A stretch of 33,327 bases of DNA, taken from NCBI GenBank assembly GCA_938091905.1, contig CALKOM010000076.1, forward strand, positions 1 to 33,327, in the 5' to 3' direction. A model generated the notes under the pieces. That model was given only the letters and a program-made list of their open reading frames with translations, had not been told where the DNA came from and did not search any database. A program made the translations under genes and the position numbers. This document shows, in pieces, positions 1 to 7,931 of the stretch; position 1 is the first letter of the stretch, and every line of letters starts with the position of its first letter. The stretch comes from an uncultured Verrucomicrobiales bacterium (GTDB taxonomy: Bacteria > Verrucomicrobiota > Verrucomicrobiia > Verrucomicrobiales > DEV007).

Positions 1-139
1 AAGCGACATCGAAAGCCTCACTCCCTCAGGCTGGGCGGCAGCCAAAGGCGCCCCGAAGAAGAAAGCCGCCTAACTATGGCACCGGCACAAACCGTAGCAA
101 CGTCGTCCAAATCCCAACGGCTCGGGATGGACCGCTTAC
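1..139 (+). mobile_element. Right end of an IS66-family insertion sequence
   Basis: The segment ends GGCTCGGGATGGACCGCTTAC at 139. Its reverse complement GTAAGCGGTCCATCCC matches the GTAAGCG start of IS66 terminal IRs. Expected 8-bp target duplication would be CATTAACA (140-147). Confidence 0.65.
2..73 (+). CDS. C-terminal fragment of a probable IS66-family transposase (TnpC); 5' part lies outside the window
   Basis: Frame 2 reads SDIESLTPSGWAAAKGAPKKKAA* (TAA 71-73). It resembles the IS66 TnpC C-terminal 'I..L.P..W' motif, and an IS66-type end follows 66 nt later. Confidence 0.6.
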   Translation, partial: SDIESLTPSGWAAAKGAPKKKAA

Positions 140-222
140 CATTAACAGTGGCGTCGAGGCCTTCGATGGCTCCCAATAGGGAAACAGATCGTCTAAAGCA
201 GAAACATCCCTCTACGCTCGCG

Positions 223-732
223 TTACTTCAGCGCCCCAAACTCAGCCCGGCGATCATAGGAATCTCCCTGTCCGGTGAGCATGTCCTCTCCGTAGCTGAT
301 GGTTTGGATGTTTCCTGAAGGAATGCCCATCTGAAGGAGTTCCTGACGCACGGCCAACGCTCGGCGCTCACCAAGGCCACGATTGTATTCGAAGGTTCCC
401 GAGCCGTCAGTGTGACCAGCAATGATAATCAGGGTCTGCCGAGCAATCTTGGCCAAGCTTTGCACCTTGGGCATCTCATTTGGGCTAACGCGTGCGCTAT
501 CGAAGGCGAAGTAAACCGGAGCTACCGGATTGAGTTGAACGTTCTCGCTTCCGGGTCCGTACATCGAGATCCCTTCATTGCGCTGGGGTAGGCCTTGGAA
601 ATCGTAACTTCCATTACCACCTCCCCAGCCCCCGTCTCCACCAGAGCCGTTTCCTCCCGGTCGCGAGGCGCATTGCGTGCCGAGGAAAGGAATGAGGACT
701 GCAGCGAGGAGATGGAATACGTTCGTTTTCAT
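223..732 (-). CDS. pal: OmpA-family / Pal-like peptidoglycan-associated lipoprotein
   Basis: Hydrophobic signal ending LGTQC, Gly-rich linker, OmpA_C motifs VYFAFDS, GHTD, EYNRGLGERRA, TISYGE, DRRAEF. Confidence 0.85.
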   Translation of the reverse strand: MKTNVFHLLAAVLIPFLGTQCASRPGGNGSGGDGGWGGGNGSYDFQGLPQRNEGISMYGPGSENVQLNPVAPVYFAFDSARVSPNEMPKVQSLAKIARQTLIIIAGHTDGSGTFEYNRGLGERRALAVRQELLQMGIPSGNIQTISYGEDMLTGQGDSYDRRAEFGALK

Positions 733-786
733 GGTCAGTTGAAGACGTTTGTCGTAAAGAGTGGATTCAATTCAATAGTTTTCGCA

Positions 787-825
787 GAAAGCAGAAAGGG
801 CCGTCCAGACGAATCTGAACAGCCC
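787..825 (-). terminator. Rho-independent terminator after the DoxX-Gfo-discoidin operon
   Basis: Minus-strand RNA GGGCUGUUCAGA-UUCG-UCUGGACGGCCC (825-798): 12-bp stem with two U-G pairs and a UUCG loop, followed by UUUCUGCUUUC, about 30 nt after the stop at 858. Confidence 0.8.
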
Positions 826-857
826 CTCTTTTAAAATGAAGAATTACGTTAGGTGGC

Positions 858-1514
858 TTACTTACCCCAGACTTCCACCTCGATGTAGTGGTTCATCTCG
901 TTGGAAGAGTTCCCATTACTATAGAGGCGAACGTAGCGGCCTTTGGCACCTTTACCATCAATGACGCGCCCTTTGTTGGTCTCGACGTAGGCTTTATCTG
1001 TGCCTTTGCCCATGCCAGAGGAGTTGTCATGATCCGCATTGTAGACAGTCGTGATCTTAGCAGAATCGGTGAAAGTCTCGTCGTTGGAAACCTGAGCAAT
1101 TACGTCGATATAGGCGCGCGCGTTCTTATGAAAGTGCCAGAGCCAGATGCCGTGAACTTCAGATTCTTTCTCAAGATCGATCTGCACCCATTGAACTTGA
1201 GGCCCAAGTTCGACATAACTACCATCAGCGGCATCTTTATCACCGTCCGTAACATACTCGAGGTCACCGATGACAGGAAGGTCATCACTTGCGGTAATTT
1301 CCTTCTCGAGGGCAAGGTTGGTTAGACCCTTCGGCACCATGAGAGGCTTTTGCTTCACCTCAACAGGTTCCAGGTTAGCCAGCTTGAGAGGCACTTTCGT
1401 CCCTTCAAACATCGCTTCGGGGATTTCAGTTGTCAGAGCCACTTTATCTTCTGCACAAAGGCTTACAGCCGCAGCCAAAGAGATCGTAGCAATAATGGAT
1501 TTCGTTTTGATCAT
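858..1514 (-). CDS. Secreted discoidin / F5/8 type C (galactose-binding-like) domain protein
   Basis: Signal peptide; motifs NLALEKEITAS, VTDGD, QWVQIDL, GRYVRLY, EVEVWG typical of F5/8 type C folds. Confidence 0.75.
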   Translation of the reverse strand: MIKTKSIIATISLAAAVSLCAEDKVALTTEIPEAMFEGTKVPLKLANLEPVEVKQKPLMVPKGLTNLALEKEITASDDLPVIGDLEYVTDGDKDAADGSYVELGPQVQWVQIDLEKESEVHGIWLWHFHKNARAYIDVIAQVSNDETFTDSAKITTVYNADHDNSSGMGKGTDKAYVETNKGRVIDGKGAKGRYVRLYSNGNSSNEMNHYIEVEVWGK

Positions 1515-1577
1515 GTTTAAATGTTGTTGTTTTGGTCCTTAGACTAAAAACTGCCTCTTCTTATTCAGAACCAGCGT

Positions 1578-3074
1578 CTACGCAACAAAGTCTTCGGGCG
1601 AGAACATCGCCTTTTGACCACTCTCAGCAGATTCATAGATCTTCAAGATAGTGACTGCCGTTTCAAAAGCGGTCTGCACGTTGCAATTGAGATCCTCTTT
1701 CTTTCCACTGCGAACGACGTCAAAAAAGTTTCGCAAGTGGGGGGTATGCGGCATCTCATCTAGTTCAGTTGAGAGCTCCCAGGCACCTAGGGCTTTGGTT
1801 GCCCGTGAGTCCGCCTGGCCAGCCTTCGTTGAAGCTAACCATGGCTTGGGCTTTGAGCCCCAAGTCTTTGGAATGTCCCAAGGGTTAAATTTAACCTCGG
1901 GGTCGTTACGCTTCAGTAGACCCTTCGCAACAAGCCCATCCCAATCTGCACTCGCTTCGGGATACGCTTGGTTGGTGGTGGGAATCTCCGAAATCGATAC
2001 GGTTCCCTTATCGCCCATAAAGCGCTCAAAAAAGCCTAGCGCACTGGTTGTTGTGAGCACCTGGTAGTATCCGCGAGAAATACCCTTAGGCGTATCATAC
2101 TCGTAGATGGACATCACATTGTCATACAACTCGGAGTCAGGGAAATAGTCGACCCCGCCTGCCGCCATGACCGACGTTGGGGTGGTACCGAACATCCAAT
2201 TAAAGATATCGATCTGATGCGCCCCAAGATCGGAAACAACACCACCACCGAACTTGCGGAAAAAGCGCCAGTTCTTAAACCGATACATCAACTGCTCATG
2301 CGTGAGGTTGGGATCTCCAAAGCCGTATTTATTGAGCAATTCCTCGGAGAGCCATAATTTCTTCTTCTTTGGAACGGAAACTTTACCACTTGTGGTACTC
2401 CGGTTCCACTGACCATAGGCATGCGTGATCCGCCCAAAGGCTTCCTCTCCAAAAACCAAGCCGTCCCGTAATGCGCTGTAGCGAGGATTACTTCGGCGCT
2501 GGTGGCCTATCTGTAGGATGCCATCCGTTTCACGCTGAGCCCTCACCATGTCACGACAGCCCTCAAGCGTATTGGACATCATTTTCTCACAATACACCGC
2601 TTTGCCAGCCTCCAGGCTTGCTCGAGTCTGGACGTGGTGCATGAAGTCTGGAGAAGCAATGAGAACGGCATCAATGTTATCGCCTTCTGTTTCGAGCATC
2701 TCCATATGATCCTCGTATTGGGCAATCTTGCCATACTCATCACGGACCGTGACATTACCACCCTTGTTTTTCGCTTGATATTTCGCGATTAGCTTGGCCT
2801 TGCTGTCTCGACTGGTCTTCTGGATGTCACAGACAGCGACGAAGTTCAGGCCGGCTACTGGACTACGTCCAATGACAGACTCGACTTGCTTTTCGCCTTG
2901 AGCACCGCAACCGATCAAGGCCACGTTGATCAAGCTATTCGCGGCCGTGCTGGCTTGCGCTCGGGCGACGGTTGTGTTCGCGGACAAAACCGCACCTGCG
3001 ACGGCTGTGGTCTTAACGAAGTTGCGGCGACTAGTCGCTGCCGGTGATGAAGATTGGTTATCAGAATCTTTCAT
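1578..3074 (-). CDS. Tat-exported Gfo/Idh/MocA-family NAD-binding oxidoreductase
   Basis: Twin-arginine signal SRRNFVK; Rossmann VALIGCGAQG; IDAVLIASPDFMH; YCEKMM; QIGHQRRS; DLGAHQID. Confidence 0.9.
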   Translation of the reverse strand: MKDSDNQSSSPAATSRRNFVKTTAVAGAVLSANTTVARAQASTAANSLINVALIGCGAQGEKQVESVIGRSPVAGLNFVAVCDIQKTSRDSKAKLIAKYQAKNKGGNVTVRDEYGKIAQYEDHMEMLETEGDNIDAVLIASPDFMHHVQTRASLEAGKAVYCEKMMSNTLEGCRDMVRAQRETDGILQIGHQRRSNPRYSALRDGLVFGEEAFGRITHAYGQWNRSTTSGKVSVPKKKKLWLSEELLNKYGFGDPNLTHEQLMYRFKNWRFFRKFGGGVVSDLGAHQIDIFNWMFGTTPTSVMAAGGVDYFPDSELYDNVMSIYEYDTPKGISRGYYQVLTTTSALGFFERFMGDKGTVSISEIPTTNQAYPEASADWDGLVAKGLLKRNDPEVKFNPWDIPKTWGSKPKPWLASTKAGQADSRATKALGAWELSTELDEMPHTPHLRNFFDVVRSGKKEDLNCNVQTAFETAVTILKIYESAESGQKAMFSPEDFVA

Positions 3075-3146
3075 GGGCTAATTTTGGTTTTCTAGGAACC
3101 TACGTTTTCAAATACCCAAGAGGGCATCTGTGGCGTGTCAATCGGT

Positions 3147-3704
3147 CTAGAATTTCGTCAAATTGAATCGCGCCTGTTTCACCAAGCACAGAGCAACAGC
3201 GCAAAGGCCTACGTGAATGCCAAGCGTGGCTATCCCTTCATTGTCGGGCATGGACATTAGACCAATCGACAGCAGCATGAAAACAATGCCTGCCATGAAG
3301 ATGCTGACACGGGGAAGGATACCAAGGAGCAGCGTCACACCAAAAGTGAGCAGCAAGTAGGGAAGCGCCATGGCAAACCAAAGATCAACCTTCAGCGGCA
3401 CCAAAAAACCAATTTTATCGGGATCTACGCCAAACTTGACGAGAAAATTGTAGGGATTCAGCGGCAAAAACTGGTTGTCCGCAACGACCTGATAGATATT
3501 CTCTTTCGCCGTAATTGCAGCGTTTTTCCACGCAAAGCCATACTCAAGTTCACCAGTGTCGACGTTCTCAATTGTCTTTGCGTAAAACTTCTCAGCCCCC
3601 GCGAAGAGCATACGGAAACCTATCCAGAGCCTGAGCATCAGAAAGCCCCACGTGGCTTCCGTAATGACGGGCTTCACCTCTACGGATTCTTCGATATCTG
3701 CCAT
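3147..3704 (-). CDS. DoxX-family membrane protein
   Basis: N-terminal LMLRLWIGFRMLFAGAEKF (DoxX 'LR..G..F..G..K' pattern) and about four hydrophobic helices including LPYLLLTFGVTLLLG. Confidence 0.75.
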   Translation of the reverse strand: MADIEESVEVKPVITEATWGFLMLRLWIGFRMLFAGAEKFYAKTIENVDTGELEYGFAWKNAAITAKENIYQVVADNQFLPLNPYNFLVKFGVDPDKIGFLVPLKVDLWFAMALPYLLLTFGVTLLLGILPRVSIFMAGIVFMLLSIGLMSMPDNEGIATLGIHVGLCAVALCLVKQARFNLTKF

Positions 3705-3844
3705 AATATCTTCATTCTATCCCCCAAGGTAAAGTTGGCAACGGCGAATCTAAAAAGATAGACTGCCTCTAGAAATCTAGAGAACAAACTCAAAACCGCT
3801 TGGTTCTCGGAGTCGTTGTGAAAAATAAGGCGCGCACTGGACAA

Positions 3845-3982
3845 TTAAAAAAGGGCGATTGATAGGAGGCCATCAATTGTTTCGAAAAACTGACTCATGG
3901 TGACGTAGGCCATTTGGGCGCTTTGGACGATGACGGCCCAAAGAACAAGACTCATTAGCGCAGCGGGGAAGAAGCGGACCAT
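3845..3982 (-). CDS. Putative 45-aa membrane microprotein (below the ORF-track cutoff)
   Basis: Hand translation from ATG 3982 to TAA 3845: MVRFFPAALMSLVLWAVIVQSAQMAYVTMSQFFETIDGLLSIALF. Hydrophobic N-half, amphipathic C-half; fills part of a 459-bp gap. Confidence 0.5.
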   Translation of the reverse strand: MVRFFPAALMSLVLWAVIVQSAQMAYVTMSQFFETIDGLLSIALF

Positions 3983-4163
3983 GGGAAAACATAAATGATC
4001 ATAGACCACTAAGCAATATTTATTATGAAAATTATTGATTTGGCCATGAACTACAGAAAACCAGCTTTGTGACAGAATTTTGCCGATTCCGAGCGGAACC
4101 GATTCAATTCATTTGGAATCTTTCCGTCAACGCCATTAATGTTTTTAAACGAGATTTCTCCTC

Positions 4164-5171
4164 ATGCATCCCACTCAAACCCTGTTTCTCTGCGCCCTCA
4201 CAGCCATAACCGGGTCTGTTTCTGGTCAAATCACCTCGCTGGGAAAGCTGACTTTTGAGGGCCCTCTCGACGAAGAGGAAGACCTTAGCGCCGTTGCCAT
4301 CCTAGGCGATAGCCTGCTGGTGGGCTCCGATGAGGGGACGAAGGTTCAAATTCTGCAACCTGATCCCACAAATCCCTCGATTTACCGGGTCCGCCCAGAT
4401 CTAGATATCAACATGCTCGTCTCCAAAACTGAGCTCGACATCGAAGGGATCGCCCGGTTCAAGGACACCAATGTCTTTTACGTGGCAGGCTCGCATTCTC
4501 TGAAGCGCACATTGCTGGAACCAAACGCTACCAAGGAACAGAATCTAGCTGCCCTTGAACAGATCGTCTTCGAGCCGAGCCGATTCCACATCTATCGACT
4601 AGAAATGGACCTACGGACGCTGAAACCGATCTCGAAGCGGGGAATCGGCCTCTACAGGCTGCTCTCACTCAATCCAGTGCTGAAGCGTTTTACACAAATC
4701 CCAAGCAAGGAGAATGGCGTCGATATTGAAGCCATTGCAGTGAAGGGCGACGAGGGTGACAAGCTCCACCTGGGCTTTCGCGGGCCTGTACTGCGGGAGA
4801 ATCTTGTTCCAATCATGATCCTCGATTTCAACAAGCCAGAGGACTATAAGCTGCGCTACCTTGATCTAGACGGGCTTGGAATCCGCGAATTGGTCAAAGT
4901 GAAGGGTGGCTTCCTAATCATTGCAGGACCTTCTGGTGGCGAACGGGGCGAATTCTTGATCTACTACTGGGACGGTGACGACGGCGTGCCAGATCGTGGT
5001 AAGACCAAGAGCAAGCTCAAGCTCTTAGGCCAACTTCCTACGCCTCGAGGCGCCAAGGCCGAGGGTATGACTCTGCTCGAAGAGACGAAGGAGCACTACG
5101 ATGTCCTAGTGGTCTATGACGGCGTCGTTCGTGGCTTGCCTGAGCGATTTCGCATTCCCAAGCGTAAGTAG
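4164..5171 (+). CDS. Secreted DUF3616-like beta-propeller protein
   Basis: Signal peptide; EDLSA, GSDEG, ELDIEG, GSHSLKR, PSKENGVDIEA, LGFRGP, LDLDGLGIR, KAEG, VVYDG motifs. Confidence 0.75.
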   Translation: MHPTQTLFLCALTAITGSVSGQITSLGKLTFEGPLDEEEDLSAVAILGDSLLVGSDEGTKVQILQPDPTNPSIYRVRPDLDINMLVSKTELDIEGIARFKDTNVFYVAGSHSLKRTLLEPNATKEQNLAALEQIVFEPSRFHIYRLEMDLRTLKPISKRGIGLYRLLSLNPVLKRFTQIPSKENGVDIEAIAVKGDEGDKLHLGFRGPVLRENLVPIMILDFNKPEDYKLRYLDLDGLGIRELVKVKGGFLIIAGPSGGERGEFLIYYWDGDDGVPDRGKTKSKLKLLGQLPTPRGAKAEGMTLLEETKEHYDVLVVYDGVVRGLPERFRIPKRK

Positions 5172-5247
5172 AGAGTCACTGCTCTACGGCGGACTTGATT
5201 CCTGGGAGATCCGGCTTTGTTAGCTAGGTGACAACACTCGACCCACG

Positions 5248-7191
5248 ATGACTTTACGCTCTCTAGCACTTTGTCTTAGCCTATTTCTTCAAGTAGGGCT
5301 CCTTGCCCAGCAGGCCACCCTGAAAAGCTCCACCACGACGCCCACAATAGGTGAGCCCTTCGAGCTCGCGCTCGAAGTCAATGCACGGGGTGTGAGCGTA
5401 CCTGGAATCCTGGAAATCCCCGGCATCGATATCCTGTCACACTCCCCAAATCGTTCGTCTAGCTTCTCTATCATCAATGGCCAAGTCAGTGCCCGCACCA
5501 ACTTATCCTACGTCGTCTCAGCAAGCGAAGAAGGCGAGCTGACCATCGCCCCCATTGAAATTCAAGTCGGGCAGCAGAAGCTCTCGACCAACGCCCTGAA
5601 GCTCATCGTCAAAAAAGGGTCCGGAAAGCCACAGCCTCGGCTTGGACCAGGAGGGCCCACCATGCCTCCTGGACTCGGCGGCCAACCGCCAGCAACGAAC
5701 AACGGCCGCCAGGCCTTTCCATCCAAGCTAGATAAGACCGCAGCTTTCCTCAAAGTCGTCCCTACTCGCGAAGAAATCTATGTCGGAGAAACGGTCGGAG
5801 TAGACATCAAAGCATACTTTGATGCCGGAATTCCGTTAGTAAACTTCACCCGCGAACTCAATCTCGAAGGAGAAGATTTTATTACGAAACCAACGGTGGG
5901 ACCCAATGCTCAGAGAAAACGCGTTCGTGGCGGGGTTCGCTATCAATTTAAACAAGAGCGCATTGATGGTCGCGTCTACAATGTCCTCACCTATCGAACG
6001 ACGATTACCGCCGTGAAGCCGGGCAAGTTCACCCTTTCTCCCCTTACCTACAATGCGGTCATTCAGGTCCCCCAACCTAAAAAGCGCCAACGCCGCCCGC
6101 AGCGCCGCGGATTCGGCGGCCTCTTCGGTGGAGATCCTTTTGATGACCCCTTCTTCGACGACATTTTCAGCAAGCGACAGCGCGAGCTTCACCTCCAATC
6201 AGAGGCCCTTGAAGTCACCGTCCTTTCCCTACCTACCGAAGGACGACCTGAGCATTTCAGTGGCGCAATCGGACGCTTCTCTCTCGATGTCCTCACCGAC
6301 AAAAAAGCGCTAAAAGTCGACGAGGCACTAAAAGTTGCGGCCACCATCACGGGGCACGGGAACTTTGAGAGGATCACCCATTTGGATAGCGGCTCTGACG
6401 AGTCCAAGTGGAAATCCTACCCTCCCAAAGTCTCTTTCAACTCCACAGACGAACTTGAACTCAGTGGCGAGAAGACCTTTGAACACACTTACATTGCGGT
6501 CGATTCAAACGACCAAGCTCCCATCGTTCGCTTCGCTTACTTCGATCCCGAATCCAAGGAATATATTAGCCTAGGCGGCAAACCGATGCCCATTTCTGTG
6601 ACTGGCGCGGCAACATCATCACTCACGAACCAAGACTTAGCGGCTCTAGCAGACCAAGCTACGGCCCCCGGAGCTACCACTCTCGCGATCATTGGGGATG
6701 TAGGCGGCCTAACTTTCGAACGGGGCAGCGGAGCGAATTCTTGGTTTGGCAGCGCCACGCTTTTAAGTCTAAATGGCAGCGCTGCAGCCCTTGCTCTCGG
6801 TTTAGCCATCTGGCAATGGCGACGACAGGGCGCTAGAACCTTCGATCCGAAGCAACGCCAACACCAGCTTAAGCAAGAGCGCCAGACGCTCTTCGGGGAA
6901 TTGATACGAGAACACGACGCCGAAGTCATCGATGTGAAACTCCTGCGATGGCTCGCTCTGCAGGGGCATTGCCGAGAGGTCACAAGTAGAAATCTCCTCC
7001 CAGACGAAGAAGCCGCCCGTCTCACTGTCTCCCAACTCCCCGCGGCTGGAGATGAGAAAGCCCCCTTGGAAGACTTCCTAAACTGGTCGGCGCAGCGTCG
7101 CTGGTCGGGGGCCTTTCTTGGCCTTGATGCCAGCCGACGCGATGCGTGGATGAGCGCCGTGAACACCCTACGAGAACAGTCTCCATCATGA
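5248..7191 (+). CDS. batD: BatD-family protein
   Basis: Signal peptide; SSSFSIINGQVS, EIYVGE, DPFDDPFFDDIF, LPTEGRPEHFSGAIGRF, ITGHGN, WKSYPP, FAYFDPESKEY; TM helix near the C-terminus. Confidence 0.85.
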   Translation: MTLRSLALCLSLFLQVGLLAQQATLKSSTTTPTIGEPFELALEVNARGVSVPGILEIPGIDILSHSPNRSSSFSIINGQVSARTNLSYVVSASEEGELTIAPIEIQVGQQKLSTNALKLIVKKGSGKPQPRLGPGGPTMPPGLGGQPPATNNGRQAFPSKLDKTAAFLKVVPTREEIYVGETVGVDIKAYFDAGIPLVNFTRELNLEGEDFITKPTVGPNAQRKRVRGGVRYQFKQERIDGRVYNVLTYRTTITAVKPGKFTLSPLTYNAVIQVPQPKKRQRRPQRRGFGGLFGGDPFDDPFFDDIFSKRQRELHLQSEALEVTVLSLPTEGRPEHFSGAIGRFSLDVLTDKKALKVDEALKVAATITGHGNFERITHLDSGSDESKWKSYPPKVSFNSTDELELSGEKTFEHTYIAVDSNDQAPIVRFAYFDPESKEYISLGGKPMPISVTGAATSSLTNQDLAALADQATAPGATTLAIIGDVGGLTFERGSGANSWFGSATLLSLNGSAAALALGLAIWQWRRQGARTFDPKQRQHQLKQERQTLFGELIREHDAEVIDVKLLRWLALQGHCREVTSRNLLPDEEAARLTVSQLPAAGDEKAPLEDFLNWSAQRRWSGAFLGLDASRRDAWMSAVNTLREQSPS

Positions 7192-7931
7192 AGTTCGTTC
7201 GCGTCAGTGCATTCCTCATGCTGCTTCTCTCTCAAGCGCTCTCGGCAAACATCGAGGATCCTCTTAGCGTCTTTACCTCGGCCACTGAGACTCTAAAGGA
7301 TGGCGATTCCGAAGCCGCCGCTGACCGCTACGAAGAACTCGTTAAGGCAGACTGGCATTCTCCCGAACTCTATCACAATCTCGGTGTCGCCTACCAACGG
7401 CAAGGCGATACCCAAACGGCCCTCCTTCAGCTCTACCGGGCATGGCTTTTGAAGCCCTTTTCGAGTACTGCCAAAAGCCTATTTCTCAGCCAAGCCAAGG
7501 AGGCCAGACTATCAAAAGCACAGATGAGCCAAGCAGAAACTCAAGCGGCAGCCTTAGCCTGGCGAAACCCGTTGGCCCTCAGCGCCCTGATCCTATTCTG
7601 GGCAAGCGTCATCCTCGTCATCCTCGCAGAGAAGCCAGTTCTGCGGGGCTTTGGCTTCGCCGGTGTCGCCATCGGACTACTCCTAAGTGCCGCTGCCTAC
7701 TACTTTCACCAAGCAGCGCCTACGGCAAATACAGCGTGGGTCATTTCACAAGAAGCCGAATCTCTCCGCGCGTCACATGGTTTGGGATCTCCCCAGCTCA
7801 CTACTGCCTTGCCCCTAACCCAAGTCGACATCCGCAATCAGCGGGCCCAATGGGCCTATGTCCAACGAGACAATGGATCGGGTGGCTGGATAAAAGAAGG
7901 AAGCGTCGGCAAACTCATGCCGTGGCGCTAA
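7188..7931 (+). CDS. batE: BatE-like TPR + TM + SH3b protein (start moved to ATG 7188)
   Basis: ATGA overlap with the batD stop; signal peptide; TPR ELYHNLGVAYQRQG; two TM helices; SH3-like end WAYVQRDNGSGGWIK. Confidence 0.75.
   Translation: MKFVRVSAFLMLLLSQALSANIEDPLSVFTSATETLKDGDSEAAADRYEELVKADWHSPELYHNLGVAYQRQGDTQTALLQLYRAWLLKPFSSTAKSLFLSQAKEARLSKAQMSQAETQAAALAWRNPLALSALILFWASVILVILAEKPVLRGFGFAGVAIGLLLSAAAYYFHQAAPTANTAWVISQEAESLRASHGLGSPQLTTALPLTQVDIRNQRAQWAYVQRDNGSGGWIKEGSVGKLMPWR

Noticed and set aside
76..318. 80-aa + strand ORF
   Set aside because: Spans the IS end and runs antisense into pal; no recognisable features.
6537..7235. 232-aa antisense ORF
   Set aside because: Shadow of batD/batE with Arg/Ser-rich non-protein-like composition.
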